Source of the DNA: a bacterium
GTDB taxonomy: Bacteria > UBA8248
Direction: 5' to 3'
DNA length: 64,000 nucleotides
NCBI GenBank assembly: GCA_965202625.1
Contig: CBDBBI010000010.1
Location: 32,001 to 96,000, forward strand
In this document: piece by piece, positions 49,001 through 58,824 of the stretch
Position numbering within the stretch: position 1 is the stretch's first letter
Layout: every line of letters begins with the position of its first letter
Position numbers and translations under genes: made by a program
Notes under the pieces: model-generated
Databases searched by the model: none
What the model saw: only the letters and a program-made list of their open reading frames with translations
Told to the model about the DNA's origin: nothing

Positions 49001-49069
49001 GACAAGCCTCCTGGAGCGGCCCAAGCCGCTCGAAGCGAGACCCCCGAGGGAGTCTCTTGCGGAAGATGC

Positions 49070-49210
49070 CCGCAGGCCGGTCTTCTGGCTCGCGCCGATG
49101 GCCGCCCTTCATTCCTTCCCAGGAAGGTCCCGGTGGATCGCATGAAGGGCGCGTCGCTTACAGCTGCTGGGCAGCTCCGGTTTTTCACCGGATTCCCGAA
49201 CACCTGTGGG
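49070..49210 (-). ncRNA. cobalamin riboswitch (gene-proximal)
   Basis: AGGTG..GGGAAtCCGGTGAAAAaCCGG..CTGTAA..CCACCG..GGGAAGG..AGCCAGAAGACC (B12 box). Confidence 0.9.
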
Positions 49211-49374
49211 CTGTTTTAGCGGTGGAGATGCTCCACCGGTCGTATGGCCAGACTACGCTTTCCTTCGCGCGTGAAAAACGCGTGGTCCACGATTTTATGG
49301 GTGGGGGGGCGCCACGACGAAAAAAAAGGGTCTGCCCACCTCCCAATCCCCGAGGAAGTGCCGAGTATCAAGCG

Positions 49375-49535
49375 CCGCAGGTCGGTCTCCTGGCTTCCGG
49401 ATCAATCTACTCACGGCCCCTTCCTAGCAGAATGCGCCAGTGGCGTCGGCCGTTTTCGTCCCCGGTTACAGTGGCGGGTCCGCGCTGGATTTTCACCAGC
49501 TTCCCCGGGCTTTCGAGAGGAAAGCCCACCTGTTG
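49375..49535 (-). ncRNA. cobalamin riboswitch (gene-distal)
   Basis: AGGTG-P2-GGGAAgCTGGTGAAAATCCAG..CCGCCACTGTAA..GCCACTG..GGAAGG..AGCCAGGAGACC. Confidence 0.93.
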
Positions 49536-49610
49536 CGCATCAAAGTAGAATCATTTTAACTCACGAACCATCTCTCGGTCAAGGGCCATCGCGCCGCGAT
49601 TGAGGTGCAC

Positions 49611-50114
49611 TCAGACGGCCTCGTATTTGTCGCGCGTGATGGTGTCGAGGTTGACGCCCTCGATTCGGATGAGGCGCGTCTCGCCCTCTCGCTTGGGCGC
49701 GTGGAACTCCCCCACGTCGTAGGCCTTCGAGACGCCGGGCGTCAGATCGTAGCTCCGCACCGCCTTCACCTTTCCCGGCGCGCCGGAGCTCGACCTCTCG
49801 ACGAGCTCGTAGTCCGTCATCGTGGTGGTGCCCACAGCCTGACCGTAGATGGCCCAGGAGGCGCCGTGATCGTGCGGGGGGCTTCCGCTGCCACTTTTAT
49901 GCACGTGGGCGAAGATGCAAAAGCCGAGCTCGGGGTCCTTGTAGAGAAGCGTGCGGGGGGATTCGTTGTCCGGCCCCAGATGCTCTTGGACGAACTCCTG
50001 GTTCACCAGGATTTTTTGTAGGTTGTCGCTCACCTGCTGAAGCCCCGCCTTGCCTGCGTCCCGCTTCAGGATGTCGTGGCAATCGGCGGCAAATCTGTGG
50101 AGTGTCTCGCCCAT
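49611..50114 (-). CDS. cysteine dioxygenase-like cupin protein
   Basis: SPPHDHGASWAIYG and a distal FH. Confidence 0.8.
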   Translation of the reverse strand: MGETLHRFAADCHDILKRDAGKAGLQQVSDNLQKILVNQEFVQEHLGPDNESPRTLLYKDPELGFCIFAHVHKSGSGSPPHDHGASWAIYGQAVGTTTMTDYELVERSSSGAPGKVKAVRSYDLTPGVSKAYDVGEFHAPKREGETRLIRIEGVNLDTITRDKYEAV

Positions 50115-50564
50115 GATGCGCTCTCCTTTTTCGCTCTTTTGGTAAATGGAATAGCATATCACTCTACTGTGCCGGTGCGTCCTTTGCAAACAAATCCATG
50201 GGTGGACGGAGCCGCGTGATGATGGTCCGCGGCTACTCTTCGCTTCGCCCCCGATACGTGCCATTCCGCGCTCGCCATTGTCTCGTCATGTCGTCATGCT
50301 TGCGTTCGGAGTCCGCCGAGCGCATCTCCGCACCCTGAACCATGACGCGAATGCCGTAATAGATGATGAGGAGGCTGCCATAGGATGAGATAAGGCTGGG
50401 CAGCTCATATGGTGTCATCGCTTCTTCCTCGCGAGCTCTTGATTCTATTGAGGTGCCGCCCGCTTTGTAAATCCGGGGGCGATTTTTTCCGCGCGGTTGT
50501 ATGATGCGCTGAAGCCCCGCCGCCGCGCGGAGTAGGGAGGAAACCTGATGCGGAGGTGATTGTG

Positions 50565-51250
50565 ATGGATACGCCGAAGCGGCGGAACCTGGACGTTTTC
50601 ACGAGAGTGGCGTCGCATTACGAGGGATATTTCAGCGACGAGGAGCAAAATCGCTTGGACGAGATGTCTGCGCGCATCGGTTTTGGCCCCGGAAAGTGGA
50701 TCGTTGACTTTAGCATGGGAACGGCTGCGGGAGTGGGGCGTGGGCGAGAGTGTTGAATACGTCATCGCCGACACGAATGCCCCCTCTGGCGGACGCGCGG
50801 GCTGACGCGGCTATCTGCCGGCATACGTTTCATCACTTGGAAAGGCCCAGAGAGGTTTTTCGGGCGATGATACGCTCGGTTCGGACGGCGGGACACCTCA
50901 TACTCATCGACTATCACTATCCTGACGAGGCGGACGGGCGGGACAAGATAGAGGTTTTTGACCGCGCGCGCGAGCTGTCCATCACGCGGCATCTCTCGCA
51001 AAAGGAGATGGAGGCGTATTTTCAGGAGGAGGGGATTCGCGTCGATGAGATCGCCCTCGGCCGGCTTGACGTGCGGTTCGACAAATGGATGGGTGAGGCG
51101 AAAGCGTCCGCCTACCTCTTCCCCCAGCTCAGAAGGGCGTTCGAGGCCCTGCGCGACCAGGGCGGAATCTAGTATGAGGAAAGGGTTTTTGGGGCTGGGT
51201 TTTTTATCACGAGAAAGCGGCTGACCATCCTGGGATGCAAGACGGCTTGA
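50565..51250 (+). pseudogene. class I SAM-dependent methyltransferase, disrupted
   Basis: degenerate motif I (VDFSMGT), apparent deletion/frameshift near 50750, ICRHTFHHL, in-frame TAG at 51170 followed by a plausible C-terminus. Confidence 0.75.
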
Positions 51251-51305
51251 GACGCGAAGAGGACGGAAGGAGGTGCCGGGGGGCCCGCCTCGCCTGTCTG
51301 GGAGT

Positions 51306-52039
51306 TCAGCTGAAATACATGCCGCCGTTGGCCAGAAGGGTCTGGCCCGTAAGGTAGCCGTTTCGAATCGCCAGCATGACGGTGTCGGCTACCTCTTCCA
51401 CCGCGCCGAACCGCCCCATTGGCGTGTGTGGGGTGGACACGCGGAGGTCTTTGGCGATCATCTCGGTTTCGATGAGGCCGGGCGCCACGCTGTTCACCGT
51501 GATTCCTTCTTTCGCCAGAGCGACGGCGTAGGCGTGGCCGAGTCCGTGCATTCCCGCTTTCGAGGCTGCGTAGTGCGGCCCGACGCGCCCCCCGGTGAAG
51601 GCGGCGTTTGAGGAGACGTTGACGATTCTCCCCCAGCGGGTTTTTCTCATGTTGGGCAGGACGGCCTGGATGAGCAAGAATGCGGACTTAAGGTTGACGC
51701 GCAGCGTGTCGTCCCAGTCGGCTTCCGTTAACTCGGCTAGAGGCTTGGCGATGGCGATTCCGGCGTTGTTGACAAGGATCGAGACGGCGCCGAAACGCTC
51801 CCTCGTCTCATCCACTAGGCGGCGGACATCTCCGGCGTTCGACACGTCCGATTGTGCGGGGAATGCCTCTCCTCCCGCCTCCTCTATCAGGCGGCAGGTT
51901 TCCCGCGCTTGCGCCGCGCGTTCTCGGAGTTCACCGCAACACGACAGCCCGTGCGCCCCAACGCCACCGCGCATCCGCGTCCGATGCCTCGGCTCGCGCC
52001 GGTGACGATGCAGACCCTGCCCTCAAGGTTTTGCGACAA
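51306..52039 (-). pseudogene. SDR (FabG-like), single frameshift
   Basis: VTGASRGIG lies in a different frame from NNAG and YAASK; shift near 51930. Confidence 0.85.
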
Positions 52040-52181
52040 CCCGACGCCCTCCCGCAACGAGAAAGCCCGCATCCCTTGGGGAAGGGGCCGACCCCACCAT
52101 GAGCATATCATTCATCCATCGTCTTGGGGGTTGTGCGGACGAGTCGCCGCGCGCGCTCGAGAAATCGCGGCGACGGTTTCA

Positions 52182-53057
52182 CTACCCCGAGACGATCGCC
52201 CAGGCCCCGAGGACGGAGCATGCCCCGCCGATGACGACTTGGACGCTGACCCGCTCCTGTTTTCTGAAAAAGAGCAAGGAGAGGAGGATGACGATGAGGA
52301 CGGAGAGCCGGTTGATGGGTGCCACTTGGACGATCTCTCCGGTCTTGATCGCCCACCAGAAGAAGAAGGCGGCCCAAAAATTGCATGTCGCCCCTAGGAT
52401 GGCGACGATGAGGGAGTGGCGGGTGAAGGAGCCGCTCCGCAGCGTCGGCAGAAAAAAAGCGCTCGCGAACAGCAGGGTGAGCGTCGTTATGTTGGAGATT
52501 CCCATGCCCAATGGGACTGAAGGGATATGGGCGAAACCGTATTTGCGGACAACGTGGGAGACGCTGGCGAAAAAGGCGCCTGTTACGGGGATGAGATAAT
52601 AGGCGGGAGCGACCCGTTTCTCCAGTGCCCCGTTGTCGTAGAGGAGAAGGACGCCGCCGCCCATTATCCCCAAAGTTCCCAGCGCGACCAAGGGGGTGAG
52701 GTTTTCGCCCAGCAGGACGACGGCCAGTCCCGAGGACCAGACGAGGCCGGTCTGGGTCAGGATGGGCGTGCGGGCCAGCCCCACGAGTTTGATGGATATC
52801 ATGCTGGCGTATCGGCCGCCCAGTCCGCCGATGGTCCCCACGAGCGCGAACCACAGGACGCCGTGCAGCGGCCAGGTTTCCAGCCCGTCGCCGATAGAAT
52901 AGAGGCCGAGGGCGAAGGACGTGGTGATCGCGGTCGCAATCGCCGTCGTCGTCAGGGGACTCAGGCTGATGAGCGCGCCCCGATAGAGGGTCCTGGCGAC
53001 GGAGATGAATAAGGCCGAAAGGAGCGCCATCAGGTTCGGATGTAGCGAATCAAGCAA
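52182..53057 (-). CDS. DMT/EamA family transporter
   Basis: 10 TM helices in two EamA repeats. Confidence 0.88.
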   Translation of the reverse strand: MLDSLHPNLMALLSALFISVARTLYRGALISLSPLTTTAIATAITTSFALGLYSIGDGLETWPLHGVLWFALVGTIGGLGGRYASMISIKLVGLARTPILTQTGLVWSSGLAVVLLGENLTPLVALGTLGIMGGGVLLLYDNGALEKRVAPAYYLIPVTGAFFASVSHVVRKYGFAHIPSVPLGMGISNITTLTLLFASAFFLPTLRSGSFTRHSLIVAILGATCNFWAAFFFWWAIKTGEIVQVAPINRLSVLIVILLSLLFFRKQERVSVQVVIGGACSVLGAWAIVSG

Positions 53058-53948
53058 ACGGGATGACCTTCAAGAAGAATAGAAAATCCCATTATCCGCC
53101 AAGGGGCGGTAGAGGGCAAGGGGAGTCCAGCGTCCTGACGCACCCGAAGGCGGCGTGAGAACGCCCTGAGTGTTCTCCAACCAAAACCCCAGTTCGAGGC
53201 GGCCATGCCCGCGCCCGGCATAGAAGCGCATCCGCTGCTGTTCACGTCCAGCACGGCGGAGAACGAAGTCTCCATGCCGATCGAGAAGCGATCGATATGA
53301 TATGCTCCGTCCAGACTGCACAGAATGCGGGTTCTTTCCGCTTCGGATTGGATTTCGCCCTCCGTCTCGGCGGCTTTGGGCGAACATCCACTCCAAAGTC
53401 CACGGAGACGCGTAGGGAGAGACCGTCCCTCTTGTTCCCCATCTCGAGGTCTGCGCCGTTCCCATCCCGCAGGGAGGTCCGCGATTCCACCGCGTCGGTG
53501 AAGCCATACCCAGCCTGAGGTCCGAGCGCGTGAGGCGGTGCTGCGTGGGTGGAGAGGTTTCTCCTCGGATATGGGCCAAGGCGACGAGAGCGCTCTGAAT
53601 GAGAACACGCCCTCTAAGTCACCCGCATCCGGCCCTTTTTCGCGTGCTCAAACGGCGGGTTTCGCATACGGTTTTCTCCCACAAAAAGATCATTTTTCCG
53701 AGAGGTTTTCCCCTTGGAAAATCTGCGAACTTTCCAGCCCGTTCGCAATAGTTTTTGTCGGGCTACGCCGAGAGAGTCGAACATGGCACGTCAAGACCGA
53801 AATGACTTGCTTCCAGTAGAACCAGTTTTGTCAAGGCGGAATTTTTAGAGTTTCCATGCCTGGGTCGCGTCGCTTTTGTATTGGATCGTTATCGCATGGG
53901 CGAGAGAGGCGCTTCGGGCGATTGGCGAATTCGTGTTTTCACCGCGCC

Positions 53949-54533
53949 TCAGGGTTTCCATGCCTCGGGCGGATCCGCCGCGTCTCGGGCGTAGCCGTCG
54001 CGCGACAATCGATCCCTGAACCACGCCTCGTTTACCCGGTTCGTATAAGGGTCCATGACGGCCAGATCACAGAAAATTTCGATGCAGTTGCCCGATGGGT
54101 CCGCGACGTAGAGGGCGTGGTTCTCCCCCCAGAATCCATCCCCCTCCGGGTGCGTGGGACTGTGGATGGACGGTCCCCAGAAAATGTCGATCTCCTGCTC
54201 TTCGAGATAGGCGGCCCAGGCTTCGAGCTGGGTGCGGTCCTCCACCTGGAACGCGATGTGGTGCAGTCCCGTCTGGGTGGTGTCGAATGAGCGTCCCTCG
54301 GGCGGAGGCGGACCTTCCCCCTCTGGCCAGAAGATGAGGTTCAGGTCGTGATGAAGCGGCGTGCATCTCATGAAGCACAAGCCGAAGGGAAAACCAGGAA
54401 CGCTGCCCGGCGGATATATTTCGGATATATGAAAGCCCAGTTTGTTCACGTAGAAATCCTTCGCCGCCTCAATGTTGTGGACTTTTACTGCGGCGTGCTG
54501 AAGCCGCATGGGCCCCTCAGGTGGTTTTGACAT
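53949..54533 (-). CDS. VOC family protein (extradiol dioxygenase C-terminal-like)
   Basis: LQHAAV, HHDL, GLHHIAF, YVADPSGNCIE. Confidence 0.9.
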   Translation of the reverse strand: MSKPPEGPMRLQHAAVKVHNIEAAKDFYVNKLGFHISEIYPPGSVPGFPFGLCFMRCTPLHHDLNLIFWPEGEGPPPPEGRSFDTTQTGLHHIAFQVEDRTQLEAWAAYLEEQEIDIFWGPSIHSPTHPEGDGFWGENHALYVADPSGNCIEIFCDLAVMDPYTNRVNEAWFRDRLSRDGYARDAADPPEAWKP

Positions 54534-54552
54534 GAAAAACCCTCCTCAAATT

Positions 54553-55692
54553 TTATGCGTCAACGCGCGCCCATGAGTCCCTGCCCAAGTCTCCTAGACC
54601 CTCGCAGCCGTTATCGGTAACGGCGACCGCATCCTCGATCTTTACGTGCCCCACCTCCGGATGCCGAATGTCGCATTCTACGGAAACCACCATTCCCGCC
54701 TCAAGGGTGCGCTCCGCGCGTGGGCCAAAGCGCGGTAGTTCCTGCTGAACCATGCCGATGCCGTGGATTTCGAAAATCCCCGCATCAGAGAAGCCGGTTT
54801 CCTGAAACGCCTGCTCCCCTTGCGCGTGAACCGCCCCGCAACTCGCCCCGTTCCTGATGGCGTTCCTGCAGGCGTCAACGCAATGCAGACAGGCACTTCT
54901 TAATTCCTCGGCCAGGGGCGAGGGCCGGCCCCGCACGCCCATCCTGCAGATATCCGCCATGTAACCCGCCTCCGAGCCGCCCGCGTCGATATGCAGAACT
55001 TCTCCCTTCTCCCAGATTTTGTCGGACGGCTCACGCCTCATGCCGCGTCCTGCGGCGGTGAAGGCGTAATGATAGAGAAGCCCCCGCTTTACCATTTCCT
55101 CCTCCACGCGTCGGGCCACCTTCCGGGTCGTGGCGTCTTCCGCCCCCGCCTCGAAACCGGCTTGTATCGCTTTGGCGTCGGCGTGGGCGGCACGCCGGAA
55201 TACGTCGAGTTCCTCCTCCCTCTTCACAGCACGCAGCTCCTCGAGAATCCCGAGCGCGTCCACGAACCGCGCCCCGCGCAACGCGCGCGAGAGGGCGTCC
55301 ATCGCGTCCACCGGCAAAAAGGCGCGCTCAACCGCGATGGTTCCCCTCTCTAGGCCCCGCTTCTTGATCGCCTCGGCCGCCATTCGCGCTGCGCCTACCG
55401 TGTCCCGCGCCCTCGTGTAGATGACGTCTGGTATCCAGGAGTATATTTCATTGCGAGGGGCCGCCTCGACGCGCCAAGCCACCTGAAAGGCGTTTTCCAC
55501 GCCCTTCAGGGGAATTCCCACGAAGGGGAGATATTGGCTTGGCCCGATGGCGGTCACGCGCTCTCGAAAATGGAAGTAGTAGCCGCCCGTGAGGTAGCGG
55601 AGGTTATGGGGGGTGTGCGCGAGCACGAGATCGACGCCCGCCCCCTCCATCAGACGCGCGAGTTTGCGCCCGTCATAGAGAGGTTTTCTCAC
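54553..55692 (-). CDS. M24 family metallopeptidase
   Basis: HIDAGG...YMADICR, HGIG, SVE, KIED. Confidence 0.9.
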   Translation of the reverse strand: MRKPLYDGRKLARLMEGAGVDLVLAHTPHNLRYLTGGYYFHFRERVTAIGPSQYLPFVGIPLKGVENAFQVAWRVEAAPRNEIYSWIPDVIYTRARDTVGAARMAAEAIKKRGLERGTIAVERAFLPVDAMDALSRALRGARFVDALGILEELRAVKREEELDVFRRAAHADAKAIQAGFEAGAEDATTRKVARRVEEEMVKRGLLYHYAFTAAGRGMRREPSDKIWEKGEVLHIDAGGSEAGYMADICRMGVRGRPSPLAEELRSACLHCVDACRNAIRNGASCGAVHAQGEQAFQETGFSDAGIFEIHGIGMVQQELPRFGPRAERTLEAGMVVSVECDIRHPEVGHVKIEDAVAVTDNGCEGLGDLGRDSWARVDA

Positions 55693-56819
55693 GTGACCAC
55701 CGCCCAGCCCTCACGCCCCAGATCGCCCAGAGGCTCGTAGCCATCCGCCGTCACTGCCACGGCGTCCTCCACCTTCACGTAGCCCACTTCGGGGTGCCGG
55801 ACGTCGGTCTCTATCGAAACCACCATTCCCTCCTCGAGTTTTCTCTCCGCTCCTGGACCAAAGCGCGGTTGCTCGTGCGAGACCATGCCGATGCCGTGAA
55901 TGATGAAGTTGCCGTATTTCCCATGCTCGGCGCCTTTCAGACAGCTCCAGCCGCGCTCGTAGATATCTCCGCAGACGGCGCCGGGGTGTATGGTGTCCCG
56001 CACGCGGTCTTGCGTCTCGATGCAGGTTTTGTAGAGGTCGTCTGCCAGTGCCGACGGCTCGCCCCTCACGCCCATTCTACAGATATCGGTGAGGTAGTCG
56101 GCCTCCGCGCCTCCCGCGTCGAGGTGGAGCACCTCTCCCTTCTCCCAGACCTTCTCGGAGGGGGCGCGAAGCATTCCGGGGCCCGCCGCCGTGAACACCC
56201 ACAGGAAATGAAGCCCCCTGTCTGTCATGCCTTTCTCCACCGCGCGGGCGACTTCCCTTGTGGTCGCTCCGGGTCTTGTGGTCTGGAAGGCTTCATGAAT
56301 CGCCTCGGCGTCCGCCTGTGAGATGCGGCGATAGCGCGCTATCTCCTCGGGCGTCTTGATGGCGCGCAACTCCTCCAGAATGGGAAGTGCCTCGACGAAT
56401 CTCGCGTTCGGAAGTTCCCTTGCCAGCGCCTCTTTGGCCGTGGCGGGCAAGAAGTTGCCCTCTAGAGCGATCGCGCCGGCCCCGAGCCCGCGCGCCAATA
56501 TGGCGCGAGCGGCCTCGGCGGCGGCCTCCGCTGGATGCCTGCCGGATGGAACGAGTTCCGGTATCCAAAGGTTTTGATCCTCCGCTTGGCCGATTTCTCC
56601 GTTTCCGCCTATGAGGAAGGATTCCTCGACTGCGCCGCGCGAAATTCCGGCCAGCGCCATGTATTGCCCCTCGCCCATCGCCGTGAATCTCTCATGAAAG
56701 TGAAAATAATATCCACCGCAAAGGTAGCGGACGTTCTCTCGCGTGCTGGCCAGAACGAGGTCCACGTCTGACTCTTCCATGAGGCGGTCAAGTTTTTCAC
56801 TGTCATAGGGTGGCTGCAT
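55689..56819 (-). CDS. M24 family metallopeptidase
   Basis: HLDAGG...YLTDICR, HGIGMVSHE, SIE, KVED. Confidence 0.9.
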   Translation of the reverse strand: MQPPYDSEKLDRLMEESDVDLVLASTRENVRYLCGGYYFHFHERFTAMGEGQYMALAGISRGAVEESFLIGGNGEIGQAEDQNLWIPELVPSGRHPAEAAAEAARAILARGLGAGAIALEGNFLPATAKEALARELPNARFVEALPILEELRAIKTPEEIARYRRISQADAEAIHEAFQTTRPGATTREVARAVEKGMTDRGLHFLWVFTAAGPGMLRAPSEKVWEKGEVLHLDAGGAEADYLTDICRMGVRGEPSALADDLYKTCIETQDRVRDTIHPGAVCGDIYERGWSCLKGAEHGKYGNFIIHGIGMVSHEQPRFGPGAERKLEEGMVVSIETDVRHPEVGYVKVEDAVAVTADGYEPLGDLGREGWAVVT

Positions 56820-56965
56820 GAATGAATCCTCCAGTTTTCAGAATAAGAATAGATGCGGCAATCATCCGTTTACTCGATCCTCGCCCAAGAGGTCGCCGAG
56901 GGTCAATCTGGCCTCCCCGGCGCGGACGCATCGCCTCGCTCCCCCGTGTGTGCTCCCCTATGGCC

Positions 56966-57900
56966 TCAAGCCGTCAGGCCGAGTTTCTTTGTCTTCGTCT
57001 CAACGTCGATGCCAAAGAGTCGACTTGATTCACTCCCAGAATTTTCCGCTTGTCCGCCTCCGTGATGGGCGGATACCCCTATCGCTCCTGTAGTTCCTAG
57101 GAGATCTCCATCTCCCAGAACCATTCGAGCATGGGCTAGAGATTTGCTAGGAAGGTGCCCCCGACCCCCCCAGAGGGTTGGGTCCGCGCCTACGCCGCGA
57201 GGCAGCCTGCCCATGTGCTCCTTGTATTGCCAGACGCGATGAGGGGCAGGCGCATCGTGCCCGAGAGGGCGATCGACACGTTCTCGAAGCGCGCGGCGAT
57301 ATGGACGCACTCCTCCAAATAGAGAAGAGTCAGGTGGTGAATCGCGAAGGTGAGGTCCGGAAAGTCCATGGCCGTCTGCTGGACGTCGAGTGGAGAGAGA
57401 TTCTCCAAGCGCGCCCGGGTGATGGAAAACCCCTTGCGGGATTGAAGCACGCTGATTCCCAGCGCGCCCTTCTCGTATATCAGATGCGCGAGCTTAGGGG
57501 TCGTCGCAGCACCAGGAATTTCCGTCGAAGTGGGTGTTGTAGAATTTTGATCGAAGGACGTGCTCCGGGTGCGTGCGAATTCATATTGCGCCTGAAGGCG
57601 GAATAAACCCTCCTTATAGACATAGACGTCATAGAGAACGATGTCCTGGTCCATGTCGATGTCGGTTTCGAGTTTTCGAATCCCGCCTTGCTCAGCTCTT
57701 GGACGGTTCATCTTCTGGCGAAGCCGCCGATGGGATTGCCTTTGCCATAGCCATAAAGGTTTTCTTGGCCTTTGGGCCGCCTTGCCGACGCATAAATGCC
57801 AGAGGCGGTCAAGGACGATGTCCGGACGGGCGAGATTCTCACCCGATAGGTCATACATGTAGCCCACATCGTCGAACATGGATATCTCGTCGCTGGGCAT
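56966..57900 (-). pseudogene. decayed amidohydrolase family gene
   Basis: DFPDLTFAIHH..ARFENV, then frameshifted MGRL..VGAD..LWG, then ELQER*GYPPITEADKRKILG and LFGID. Confidence 0.75.
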
Positions 57901-58120
57901 TCGCGCCTCCCACTTTTCCGAACAGGCGTTCAAGACGGTTCGGCGGGACCGCACCCAAAATATCGCACATTTCAGAAACGGGTTATAGGGCGAGACGCGT
58001 GGGGAGAGAAACGCGCGGATTTTCACTAGCGCGTTTGACCATGCGCCCATGAAACTATATATTGCTACTGTATTGAGCGGAGCGATCCTGCGCTTTCAAG
58101 TTTTTTTTGGAGATCGACGC

Positions 58121-58798
58121 ATGGGCCAATTCTCAAGCATCGCGCAATCGTCCATCGGCGCGAAAATCACCATGGCAGTCACGGGGATTGTGTTGTGCCT
58201 GTTTATCATCTCCCATATGCTCGGGAATTTCCTGGTGTTCGTGGGCCCTGACGCGACGAACGCCTATGCGAAGGGGTTGAAGGATCTGGGTGCTCTTTTG
58301 TGGGCGGCGCGCGTGGGCCTGCTGGTCGTGTTCTTGGTGCACGTCGGCTCTGCCTTGCGTCTTTGGCGTCTGAATCAGGCGGCCCGACCGCAGGGATACG
58401 CGGTGGTGGACACCAGCGTGGTCACCTACGCAGGCCGCTCCATCGTCCTGACGGGCGTCCTCGTCTTGGCTTTCGCCGTCTATCATCTGCTCCACTTCAC
58501 GCTGTTCGCCACGAATCCTGAATTTGCCCAGCTCTATGACGCACAAGGTCGCCATGATGTTTATAGAATGGTCGTTTTGGGGTTTCAGAACGTCGCGGTA
58601 TCTGGCGTTTATCTCTTCTCGATGATTCTGCTTGGCCTGCATCTGAGTCACGGTGTGACGAGCCTGTTTCAGTCCTTGGGGATGAACCATCCATCCTACA
58701 ACCCCTTGATCAAGCGGCTTGGCCCCTGGAGCGGCGTCCTCGTGGCCGTCGGCTTCATGTCGATTCCTTTGGCCGTCTTGGCGGGCGTGCTGAAATAG
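58121..58798 (+). CDS. sdhC: succinate dehydrogenase cytochrome b558 subunit
   Basis: [24 protein letters not shown]; upstream of sdhA. Confidence 0.93.
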   Translation: MGQFSSIAQSSIGAKITMAVTGIVLCLFIISHMLGNFLVFVGPDATNAYAKGLKDLGALLWAARVGLLVVFLVHVGSALRLWRLNQAARPQGYAVVDTSVVTYAGRSIVLTGVLVLAFAVYHLLHFTLFATNPEFAQLYDAQGRHDVYRMVVLGFQNVAVSGVYLFSMILLGLHLSHGVTSLFQSLGMNHPSYNPLIKRLGPWSGVLVAVGFMSIPLAVLAGVLK

Positions 58799-58824
58799 TT
58801 CTCCCTCGGCGAGGAGAGACGCGC

